Source: a virus
Lineage: Duplodnaviria > Caudoviricetes
Direction: 5' to 3' (one strand)
DNA: 36,958 nt
IMG/VR virus record: IMGVR_UViG_3300032248_000447
Coordinates: 1 to 36,958 of that record
In this document: positions 16,591 through 24,272 of the stretch, one piece after another
Layout: each line of letters opens with the position of its first letter
How positions within the stretch are numbered: the first letter of the stretch is position 1
Program-made: the position numbers and the translations under genes
Notes under the pieces: model-generated
What the model saw: only the letters and a program-made list of their open reading frames with translations
What the model was told of the DNA's origin: nothing
Database searches by the model: none

Positions 16591-16636
16591 GAAAGTTTAT
16601 TCCCGTAAAAGGAAACACACAAAGAAGGAATCATAA
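16505..16636 (+). CDS. 43-aa basic ArfA-like (alternative ribosome rescue factor-like) protein
   Basis: GTG start 7 nt after GGAG; MPRKPRKMQSALILFKKDTPFKPKTVKSKKVYSRKRKHTKKES; ends 1 nt before the next ATG. Not in the ORF track. Confidence 0.55.
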   Translation: MPRKPRKMQSALILFKKDTPFKPKTVKSKKVYSRKRKHTKKES

Positions 16637-16637
16637 A

Positions 16638-16793
16638 ATGTGGATAATACTAATGCTTCTTTTGAACATTGTAAGTATATCTACTGCATGTTTAGTTATG
16701 GGAAATCTACCAACTCTTTTTGTCGGTATTGTTATTGGTGTTATAATGATGATATCAATGTTTATTGCGTTTGCCAAAGATGCACAAGCGTAA
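16638..16793 (+). CDS. small two-helix membrane protein (51 aa)
   Basis: MWIILMLLLNIVSISTACLVMGNLPTLFVGIVIGVIMMISMFIAFAKDAQA; AAGGA SD. Not in the ORF track. Confidence 0.7.
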   Translation: MWIILMLLLNIVSISTACLVMGNLPTLFVGIVIGVIMMISMFIAFAKDAQA

Positions 16794-16807
16794 AAGGAAC
16801 CAAAAGA

Positions 16808-17086
16808 ATGAACAAAACTAATTTGATCCAAAGTATTCTTGAGAGTGCCGAACTTGGTGATATTTTAGATAAAGTAACAGCACTGAATCTCCAGCGTTCG
16901 GCTGATCTATGTGTTGATACTATTTTTTATACCAGGCGTCGAATTGCTCAAGAAGGACCTAAAGAATTTTGGTTACAAGATATCGAAGACTCTATGACTA
17001 CGTATCGACATCTGGCAGATTGCTATCATTACTACACTGGTAAATATCTGCCTACAATTGAAGAACGATTGAAGGATAACAAATGA
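16808..17086 (+). CDS. hypothetical protein
   Basis: MNKTNLIQ... with AAGGA SD; C-terminal part of track ORF 16640..17086. Confidence 0.7.
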   Translation: MNKTNLIQSILESAELGDILDKVTALNLQRSADLCVDTIFYTRRRIAQEGPKEFWLQDIEDSMTTYRHLADCYHYYTGKYLPTIEERLKDNK

Positions 17087-17625
17087 ATATCTTTTATATT
17101 GACAAAAATCCAATCAAAGCAACAGAATATATGGTGGATTCCCATGTGGTCAAAATGATCCTTGAGACCTGTCAGATTCTATCTACGGCACATCGAGTCC
17201 TTGATGGTAATCCAGTAAAAGCAAAGACAAAGACTGGTCGGTCTGTTACCCGGTATCTATTGCCAGATAGTCGTGAAGTAACTCTATACCAAGCCACACA
17301 TATCAATCATCCAAGTTCTGTTTGGTGCCGACAGTCTGTAGAAAACTATCAATGGCTCCATAATCATCTGATGGCTCTATTGAATGAGTATACCTATCGA
17401 TATGGTAAAGTTCACAAGTGCACCAATGTTGCTGTTGCATTATATCAAGTACCTAATAATATTCTACCTGGTAAATTCACTGATCCTACACCAGCAATGG
17501 ATAAACAATATCTTATTGAGAATGATTCACTTTCAAGTTATAGAAACTATTATAAACAAGGCAAAGTACATCTACACAAATGGACTAAACGAGAAATGCC
17601 AAGATGGATGGGACACTCTAAATAA
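17083..17625 (+). CDS. pyrimidine-dimer DNA glycosylase (DenV)-family protein
   Basis: MNIFY.D..P, HVVKMILE..Q.LST, H.NHPS..W, EY..RYGK.H and YR.YY motifs. Confidence 0.75.
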   Translation: MNIFYIDKNPIKATEYMVDSHVVKMILETCQILSTAHRVLDGNPVKAKTKTGRSVTRYLLPDSREVTLYQATHINHPSSVWCRQSVENYQWLHNHLMALLNEYTYRYGKVHKCTNVAVALYQVPNNILPGKFTDPTPAMDKQYLIENDSLSSYRNYYKQGKVHLHKWTKREMPRWMGHSK

Positions 17626-17649
17626 AAAACATTCGTAAAACTACGAATG
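17618..17649 (+). promoter_or_regulatory. late-promoter-like CTAAATA followed by a perfect 8-bp hairpin
   Basis: CTAAATA 17618-24; CATTCGTA-aaac-TACGAATG 17630-49. Confidence 0.5.
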
Positions 17650-17680
17650 CATATCTGTCAACAGTAAAAGGAAATCTAAA

Positions 17681-18136
17681 ATGTCAGTTGTAAAGTCTGT
17701 ATTCTTCACAGGAACATTTTTGCTTTTGTGTGGAACAACCAGCAATGTTGCATTTGCAGATTCATCTGTAATTACTAAAGCCGAATCATATGTTGGAATG
17801 CATGAACGAAAGAACCGCGGATCGATCAAAGAAGTCACAAAGATTGATCCAGCGAGAGTGCCTTGGTGTGCTGCTTTTGTCAATGGTATTCTAAAGCAAC
17901 TTGGATTATCGGGTACCAATTCAAATATGGCCAGAAGTTTCTCTAAATATAATAGTCCTACCAAAAATCCACAAAAGGGTGATATTGTAGTATTCAATCA
18001 TCATGTAGGATTCTTTAAGGGATTTGTAAAGAAAGGAAATAGGACTATGGTTGCTGTATTGGGTGGTAATCAAAGCAACCGTGTCAAAGTATCTTATTTT
18101 CCTGTCAGTAGTGTTATTTCATATAGAAAGGTTTGA
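17681..18136 (+). CDS. TIGR02594-like NlpC/P60-CHAP cell-wall peptidase with signal peptide
   Basis: PWCAAFVN (catalytic Cys), GDIVV, HVGF (His) and LGGNQSN; hydrophobic N-terminus ending AFA. Confidence 0.85.
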   Translation: MSVVKSVFFTGTFLLLCGTTSNVAFADSSVITKAESYVGMHERKNRGSIKEVTKIDPARVPWCAAFVNGILKQLGLSGTNSNMARSFSKYNSPTKNPQKGDIVVFNHHVGFFKGFVKKGNRTMVAVLGGNQSNRVKVSYFPVSSVISYRKV

Positions 18137-18138
18137 TA

Positions 18139-18399
18139 ATGGCTGTATACACGTTCAAAGAAAAGAAAACAGGTAAAGTTTATGATATCACAATGCCTAT
18201 GTCTGAGATTCAGGCATTTGAACAAAAGAACACACATCTTGAACGTGTATATTCTAAAATGAACATTGTTGATCCAGTAGGTATTGGAGTAACACGTCCG
18301 CCTGATGATTTTTCTAAATACGTATTAGGAAAGGTAAAAGCAGCCAATCCACATACAGACGTAGGCAAAGGTCGTTGGGACATAAAAAAAGAAGTATGA
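18139..18399 (+). CDS. FmdB-like small protein lacking Zn-binding Cys
   Basis: MAVYTFKEKKTGKVYD...F...VLGKVKAANP, a typical phoH neighbour in T4-like phages. Confidence 0.65.
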   Translation: MAVYTFKEKKTGKVYDITMPMSEIQAFEQKNTHLERVYSKMNIVDPVGIGVTRPPDDFSKYVLGKVKAANPHTDVGKGRWDIKKEV

Positions 18400-18430
18400 T
18401 AAGACACAATAAGAATAATAAAATACTAAC

Positions 18431-18464
18431 AAGAGGTAGTTCGATTCGTCGGACTGCCTCTTTT
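18431..18464 (+). terminator. terminator-like hairpin (13-bp stem, TTCG loop)
   Basis: AGAGGTAGTTCGA-ttcg-TCGGACTGCCTCT-TTT. Confidence 0.7.
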
Positions 18465-18482
18465 GCGTTTAAGGGAAACAAT

Positions 18483-19184
18483 ATGTCAAAAAAGAAGAAT
18501 AAGAATACACAAACTGCTCAAGTCAAAAATCATTTTGAATTGAGAAAAATATCTCCACTAACTTCTAATCAGCAAAGGACATTTGATGCATATGACAGAG
18601 GACAAAATCTTATTCTTCACGGATTTGCAGGCACAGGCAAAACATTCATCTCACTCTATCTGGCTTTAGAAGAAGTATTAGAATCATCACCAATTTATGA
18701 TAAGATCATTATTGTCAGAAGTGTTGTGCCAAGCCGAGATGTTGGGTTCTTGCCAGGTAACATTAAAGAAAAGACACGAGTATATGAAGAACCCTATAAA
18801 GAGATTTGTGATGATCTATTTGGGCGTGGTGATGGGTATGATATTCTCAAGATGCGGAATTTGATTCATTTTACTACAACATCATTTTTGCGTGGTGTTA
18901 CTTTCAATAATGCCATAGTGATTGTTGATGAACTCCAGAATATGTCTTTTGGTGAATTAGATACTGTTATGACACGATTAGGTGATAAGTCAAAAGTGAT
19001 ATTCTGCGGTGACTTTAGACAGTCCGATTTGACCAATGAGAAAGATAAAAGTGGGTTAATATCTTTTATAAATATAACTAAACGGATGAATCGATTTGAC
19101 TATATTGAGTTTGAGAAGACTGATATAGTTCGATCTGGATTGGTTAAAGAGTATATAATCCAACGAACAGAGATGGGAATATGA
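18483..19184 (+). CDS. phoH: PhoH-family ATPase
   Basis: Walker A GFAGTGKT, GFLPG..EK, FLRG.TF, Walker B VDELQN, TRLG, GD..QSD and DIVRSGLV. Start moved to 18483, downstream of the hairpin. Confidence 0.95.
   Translation: MSKKKNKNTQTAQVKNHFELRKISPLTSNQQRTFDAYDRGQNLILHGFAGTGKTFISLYLALEEVLESSPIYDKIIIVRSVVPSRDVGFLPGNIKEKTRVYEEPYKEICDDLFGRGDGYDILKMRNLIHFTTTSFLRGVTFNNAIVIVDELQNMSFGELDTVMTRLGDKSKVIFCGDFRQSDLTNEKDKSGLISFINITKRMNRFDYIEFEKTDIVRSGLVKEYIIQRTEMGI
19067..19074 (+). promoter_or_regulatory. T4 late promoter TATAAATA inside phoH
   Basis: Exact consensus about 110 nt upstream of the 19181-22610 cluster. Confidence 0.55.
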
Positions 19185-20071
19185 TTTACTCGCTTAGAGA
19201 GTTTATAGAAAATATAATTATTGAGAGTCTTCATCCTGAGTTGCAAGCAATTGTAACTCAGAAGACCAATCCGTATGGAACATCTAAACAAGCACAACTT
19301 GCTAAAAAGATAAAAGATTTGACATCTCGTGGTGAAAATACTGGTATTGAAGGTAATATGCCTAAAGGATCAAGTCGTGCTTATCTTCCAATAAAAGATA
19401 GAGAACAAATTACACTAGATAATAAACCAGCATCTATTAGAACAGGTATGAAAGTTGCTATTCGTGCCACTTTAGATAAAAATCATGATAGAAAAAGATA
19501 TGATGGAATGAGTTTAGGTCAACTACAAAATGAAGCAGAAGGTGGTGATCATTTTGTCAATTCAAATTATAGAATAATTACTAAAGATCATCAAACGGGA
19601 CACTATCATACAAACACTGAATCTGGCATATTTCCTCCTCAAATAGATCATGACCACGATAATCACGAATGGACACATGTTGGCCACGCAGATAAGATTG
19701 CTGGCAAAAAATTTAGAGAATTGACTAAAACTGAATCACATCCTAAAGGTATTAGTCATTCTGATTTTTGTGGTGCATTAGAGCGGGCATGGAATAAGGA
19801 TCATGGTAAATATTGGGAACGAAGTCCTGAATCAGAAAAACAATTAGATCATATTGAATCTCATCCATTAGTTCAAAAGTTCTTAGATCATCAGAGAAAT
19901 TTAGGAGCACCGCCCCATGATTATAGACAAATGGGTAACATGGGAGTTTGGACACATCCACATACTGGTGAACAACATATTGTAGCGAGAGATCATGGAT
20001 TCTCTGAAAATGTAATGAAAGCATATAAAGAAGCCAGACAGAAAGAAGCCAGACAGAACACATGGAAATAA
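19181..20071 (+). CDS. protein-kinase-like fold protein with capsid-targeting-like N-terminus
   Basis: In order: GSSRAY (Gly loop), MKVA (Lys), QNEAE (alphaC Glu), HDYRQMGNMG (D..N catalytic loop) and ARDHG (DFG-equivalent). Confidence 0.6.
   Translation: MIYSLREFIENIIIESLHPELQAIVTQKTNPYGTSKQAQLAKKIKDLTSRGENTGIEGNMPKGSSRAYLPIKDREQITLDNKPASIRTGMKVAIRATLDKNHDRKRYDGMSLGQLQNEAEGGDHFVNSNYRIITKDHQTGHYHTNTESGIFPPQIDHDHDNHEWTHVGHADKIAGKKFRELTKTESHPKGISHSDFCGALERAWNKDHGKYWERSPESEKQLDHIESHPLVQKFLDHQRNLGAPPHDYRQMGNMGVWTHPHTGEQHIVARDHGFSENVMKAYKEARQKEARQNTWK
20027..20056 (+). repeat. 15-bp tandem duplication (KEARQ x2)
   Basis: aaagaagccagacag occurs twice in tandem. Confidence 0.9.
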
Positions 20072-20076
20072 AAAAA

Positions 20077-22059
20077 ATGAAATCTTTTCTAGAGCACCTT
20101 ACCGAAGCAGTTTCTATGGATGATGACCTTTTGGGACATCTAACTCATGTGAAAGATATACCACATGAGTCTCCAAAACATACAATGACATCTGTAGGAT
20201 TAATTCGTGATTTCCATCATTTGAGGCAGGGCAAACCAAGTGGTGTAACTGCCTCTCTTAAACATGATGGTGGTGCTTCTGATCATATTATCCATGATAA
20301 AGACGGTCGGGTCGGTGTATCAGATAAAATCCGACTTGCTCGTGGTGTTGTTGCGTATTCTGATGAAGAAATTGATAAGCATTTTGGTAAACATCCAGAA
20401 TATGCAACTGCTCTCAAACATCTAAGAAATCATGGTCATGAAATTGTTAGTCCTGGTCATCATGTTCAAGGTGATATTCTCTGGTCACCTGGTGATAAAT
20501 CAACTACTAAATCAGATAAAACAGAATATACACCAAATAGAATTACATATCATGCTAAATCTTCTGCTCCTCTTGGTATTGCCCTTCACAGTGAGATTAA
20601 GAAAGGTGTAGCATATGGATTATCTAAACGTGCTACTCGATCAAGCAAAAATGTATTTGTACCAAGAGAAGACTTTAATCCATCAGAACATGAATATAAA
20701 GATGAAGATAAGAAAGCAGTCGAGCATCATTTAGGTCAAGCAGAAAAACTTATTTCTCAACACACAACAGAACATCTTACTCCCGCACACATTGAACATT
20801 TAACTATCTACCATAATCGTGTTGCTCGTGGTGGAAGAAAACCAAGTGTTGAAGGATATGCATCTTATTTGAGATCAAGAGGTGAAGAAGCCGCCGGTAA
20901 ACTCAAATCCGAAGCAGGTAAGACCAAAGCCCGCAATCAATTTGAATCAATGGCTCAACATGTAGAAGCAAATAAAGAACATTTCAATAGATCAATTCAA
21001 ATTCGACATCACTTACAATCCGCAACTGATCATGTTCTTAATGGTATAAATCATCCTGACTTATCAACTTCTATTGATGGTAAAAAGTCTCGTGGTGAAG
21101 GTGTTGTTCTTCGTGTTAATAATAGACCAGCAGCAAAGTTAGTTCACTCTGATATTCAACATGCACTTGGTAACAATCCAAGATTCCCAAATAAAGGTGC
21201 TATTAATGAAAGTGCTGAGAAATCAGGTGTTGCAGTAATAGGCAAAATAAGATATGCTACTCTTGGTCATAAAAAAATGGTCGATAAGGCTGAAGAGATA
21301 GCAAGAGATAAAAATGCCAACTTACATATTCATCTGACTGGTGCATCTGATCCTTTGACACCAGAGCAAAAGAAACAACATGCCGAAGCAATGTTTGATC
21401 ATCCTGTGGAATCTACAACAAATGTCTTTGATTCATTGAGTAGATTATCTGAAAAATATCATACTTTACATCTTGTAGCAGGATCAGATAGAGCAAATGA
21501 ATATAGAGAAATAGCAAAGAAAAATGGTCAACCCGACAAGAGCGGCAAAGTTCCATTTTATTTTCCTGGTGGTATTCATGTCCATGAAGTTGAGGGTAAA
21601 AGAACATCCATAGCAGACATTGGTAAACATCCTACAAAAATGAGTAGAGATGAGTTAGAAAGAAGTGCATCTGCCACAGAAGTTACAGGACTGGCTAAGT
21701 CGGGTGATTATGAAGGATTCAAAGCATATCATCCTGGTATTAATGAAAAAATAGTTAGATCAAACTATGATACTATTCGAGCACAATCAGCCCAAGAAAA
21801 ACCAAAAAGAAAGAAAACAATCAAAGAAATCAAAGAAGATGCTAAAAAAGAATTCTATTCAGGAAAACATACTAAAGGTCCATCACAACTATCTAATGTG
21901 TCTGATACGGAACTAGATAAACTAAGAAAGATGTTTACTCCTGATGAACCAAAGAAAAAACTAAATGAAAAGATGGATAAACTGATCTCTTTTAGAAAAC
22001 GAATTGATGCTATGAGACTTGTTCCTACTAGATCAAGTTCTAAAGAAGATGAAGAATAA
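20077..22059 (+). CDS. fusion of ligase-like nucleotidyltransferase domain (DUF6267-like) and cytidylyltransferase-like domain
   Basis: N-terminal domain: HLTH, KHDGG (KxDG), VQGD, PN.ITY, GEGVV, AKLV. C-terminal domain: TLGH (HxGH-like), DPL...K, VAGSDR, SASAT. Start MKSFLEHLTE. Confidence 0.7.
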   Translation: MKSFLEHLTEAVSMDDDLLGHLTHVKDIPHESPKHTMTSVGLIRDFHHLRQGKPSGVTASLKHDGGASDHIIHDKDGRVGVSDKIRLARGVVAYSDEEIDKHFGKHPEYATALKHLRNHGHEIVSPGHHVQGDILWSPGDKSTTKSDKTEYTPNRITYHAKSSAPLGIALHSEIKKGVAYGLSKRATRSSKNVFVPREDFNPSEHEYKDEDKKAVEHHLGQAEKLISQHTTEHLTPAHIEHLTIYHNRVARGGRKPSVEGYASYLRSRGEEAAGKLKSEAGKTKARNQFESMAQHVEANKEHFNRSIQIRHHLQSATDHVLNGINHPDLSTSIDGKKSRGEGVVLRVNNRPAAKLVHSDIQHALGNNPRFPNKGAINESAEKSGVAVIGKIRYATLGHKKMVDKAEEIARDKNANLHIHLTGASDPLTPEQKKQHAEAMFDHPVESTTNVFDSLSRLSEKYHTLHLVAGSDRANEYREIAKKNGQPDKSGKVPFYFPGGIHVHEVEGKRTSIADIGKHPTKMSRDELERSASATEVTGLAKSGDYEGFKAYHPGINEKIVRSNYDTIRAQSAQEKPKRKKTIKEIKEDAKKEFYSGKHTKGPSQLSNVSDTELDKLRKMFTPDEPKKKLNEKMDKLISFRKRIDAMRLVPTRSSSKEDEE

Positions 22060-22610
22060 TGTTATCTTTCAGACAATACTTAGAAGAAAAAATATTAAAT
22101 CCAGGATTCAATGATAAACATGAATATGCTCGTGAAAAATATCGTGATCAAATTCATAGTGCTATTAAACATTCATATGCTCCAATAGGTGGATATCTAG
22201 GATTAGGATCAGGTTCAAAAGAAGAATCCGAAGCAATACATTCAGATATTAGTAATCCAGATCATGCTATGAAATTAACAAAACGTGGTAATACTATTAC
22301 AAGTGTTGCTTTATACAGAAAACATAAAGGACGTAAAAGTATTGTATCAGCAACTAATGGATCAGAGCAAGGTAAAAAAGACCTTCGAAAGACTATGGAA
22401 GATGATCATAAACACAAAAGAGCATGGAGTGAAGCATCTGGTGCTGTAGCCAAAATTCGTGAAAAAATAGGTTATCCTAAAGTTCCAGTGAGCAGGGCAT
22501 CTGAACTTACTGGAAAAAAAGTAGTTCCAAAGGATGAATATACATATACAAGAGATATTATGGGACATCCACACGAAAAAACCATATATGGATATCCAAA
22601 AGACACTTGA
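22059..22610 (+). CDS. hypothetical protein with capsid-targeting-like N-terminus
   Basis: MLSFRQYLEE start; TAATG-coupled to the upstream gene. Confidence 0.75.
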   Translation: MLSFRQYLEEKILNPGFNDKHEYAREKYRDQIHSAIKHSYAPIGGYLGLGSGSKEESEAIHSDISNPDHAMKLTKRGNTITSVALYRKHKGRKSIVSATNGSEQGKKDLRKTMEDDHKHKRAWSEASGAVAKIREKIGYPKVPVSRASELTGKKVVPKDEYTYTRDIMGHPHEKTIYGYPKDT

Positions 22611-22635
22611 CAACCATCAACTAATCTGATATAGT
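22607..22635 (+). promoter_or_regulatory. sigma70-type promoter (near-leaderless transcript)
   Basis: TTGACA-17-TATAGT; the ATG is only 9 nt after the -10 box and has no SD. Confidence 0.75.
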
Positions 22636-22644
22636 ATCCACATC

Positions 22645-23190
22645 ATGACACAAAAACTCATCTTTTATTTCCATGGAATGCACTCTTCTCCGAATACTCC
22701 TAAAGTTGCAAGACTAAAGGAAGTATTCCCAGACACATATGCTTTTCCTATTGAAGTAGATCCAGATCAATCACTTCCTTATCTACAAGATCAGATCGAC
22801 TTAATACTACTAGATGCTAAGTATATGCATCTTCCAAACTTAGAAATCATCTTTATTGGAACTTCTTTAGGTGCTTGGTATGCTGCGGAACTAGCAGATA
22901 AGTATAAAGCCAAAGCTATTCTGATTAATCCTTCTTATGATCCATATCACAGTCTAGAAAAATATGGTATTCAAGAAAATATCAGAATCAAGTATCCTCC
23001 AATCAAGTGGCTAAACGATGCTATATATTATATTGCCAAAAATGATGAAGTGATTGACTTTCTACCCGTGAAATCTATTCTAGAACAATTGACTACTCAT
23101 TGGATTGATAATGCTGATCATTCATTTAGCGGCAAAGAATTTGATATGATAATTCAGGATATAAAGAATGAAAAGTTACAACTATGTTGA
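22645..23190 (+). CDS. YqiA/UPF0227-like alpha/beta hydrolase (esterase)
   Basis: YFHG..SS, nucleophile elbow GTSLG, AILINP, DEVID (Asp) and DHSF (His). Confidence 0.88.
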   Translation: MTQKLIFYFHGMHSSPNTPKVARLKEVFPDTYAFPIEVDPDQSLPYLQDQIDLILLDAKYMHLPNLEIIFIGTSLGAWYAAELADKYKAKAILINPSYDPYHSLEKYGIQENIRIKYPPIKWLNDAIYYIAKNDEVIDFLPVKSILEQLTTHWIDNADHSFSGKEFDMIIQDIKNEKLQLC

Positions 23191-23857
23191 AAATCTACCT
23201 AAGTTCTCATCACTAGAAACAAAAGAAGCAAATGGAAAACGATACTATTTGCTTCCTTCAGGTAAATATGTACCATCTGTCACAACTATGCTTGGATACT
23301 TTAAGAAAGATGTTATTCAAGAATGGAGAAAAAGAGTAGGCGAACAAGAAGCAAATAAAATATCTAATCGTGCATCTACTCGTGGTACTAAATTCCATAA
23401 TCTAATCCAGAAATATCTAGAGAACACACCACTTCCTACTTTACTCAATGAATCTGTAATGCCTAATATGAAACAGGCATTTTATGATATGGAAGAAACA
23501 TTAGATAGAATTGATAACATTCACTATATTGAATCATCTCTCTATTCAGAAAAGATGAAACTAGCAGGTAGAACAGATGTTATTGCAGAATTTGATGGTG
23601 TTCTTTCTGTTATCGACTTTAAGACATCTAGTCGACCTAAAACAGAATTTATGATCGAAGATTATTTCCTTCAAGCAACCTGCTATGCATTGATGTATGA
23701 GGAAAGAACAGATAATCCTATCGAACAGATTGTTATCATTATTTCCACAGATGGACTCAATGAACCACAAGTGTTTGTGAAGAACAAAATAGAATATATT
23801 GATAAACTTTTTGATAAGATCCTCAAGTTTCATCTTGACAACAGAACTACCGTGTGA
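23168..23857 (+). CDS. PD-(D/E)XK exonuclease
   Basis: PSVTT.L, RGT.FH, AGRTD, VIDFKTS and YFLQ...YA motifs. Confidence 0.88.
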   Translation: MKSYNYVENLPKFSSLETKEANGKRYYLLPSGKYVPSVTTMLGYFKKDVIQEWRKRVGEQEANKISNRASTRGTKFHNLIQKYLENTPLPTLLNESVMPNMKQAFYDMEETLDRIDNIHYIESSLYSEKMKLAGRTDVIAEFDGVLSVIDFKTSSRPKTEFMIEDYFLQATCYALMYEERTDNPIEQIVIIISTDGLNEPQVFVKNKIEYIDKLFDKILKFHLDNRTTV

Positions 23858-23865
23858 TATAAATA
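23835..23865 (+). promoter_or_regulatory. composite sigma70 / T4-late promoter for tmRNA
   Basis: TTGACA (23835-40), 17 nt, then TATAAATA (23858-65). Confidence 0.75.
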
Positions 23866-23869
23866 AACT

Positions 23870-24191
23870 TACATCGTTGATATCGTTTGACGACAGTTTG
23901 GACTTGGGGGCAGTACCCAACGTCTCCACCACAAGCACATCGGCACGATAAGTGTTAAGAGCCTAATTGTAGTAGGACATTCGGTGTGCTTCTGATGGGG
24001 ACGAAATTAGGATCGACAGGCTGGAAGAGAATAGATGGAGATGTCCCGAGCAACCTGGGTGGACGACGAAAGAAGTCTTAAACGGAAGAAAAAAACTAAA
24101 TGCTGCAAATGATAACAGCATTGAGACACTAGCACTAGCTGCTTAATCTCTTGGGTTGGTCTCTGACCTAGAAACAGAATAGAGACAAGAG
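23870..24191 (+). ncRNA. ssrA: circularly permuted (two-piece) tmRNA, tag ANDNSIETLALAA
   Basis: Acceptor piece: T-arm TTGGG-GGCAGTA-CCCAA, then CGTCTCC-A-CCA (ends 23931). Coding piece begins GGGGACGAAATTAGGATCGAC (23997). The 7-bp acceptor stem has G3-U. Tag ORF 24105-24146. Outer ends are approximate. Confidence 0.95.
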
Positions 24192-24197
24192 GTTTTT

Positions 24198-24238
24198 GAT
24201 GGATTTACCTCGATAAGCAAAAAATCCATCTTTTTTTT
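24198..24238 (+). terminator. rho-independent terminator after tmRNA
   Basis: GATGGATTT...AAATCCATC followed by T8. Confidence 0.75.
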
Positions 24239-24272
24239 ATTTGTAGTCAAAGGAGGTAGACAAACGAAAGAA

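Noticed and set aside
16640-16807. Cys-rich N-terminus of track ORF 16640..17086
   Set aside because: Shadow frame of the SD-supported membrane protein 16638..16793; the downstream gene has its own SD at 16808.
23168-23857. Cas4 / CRISPR-associated gene
   Set aside because: Lacks the four-Cys Fe-S motif and has no cas neighbours; it is an ordinary T4-like PD-(D/E)XK exonuclease.
23901-23931. Stand-alone tRNA or attP-like tRNA 3' fragment
   Set aside because: No D or anticodon arm lies upstream. The matching 5' acceptor strand is downstream at 23997, so this is the acceptor piece of the permuted tmRNA.
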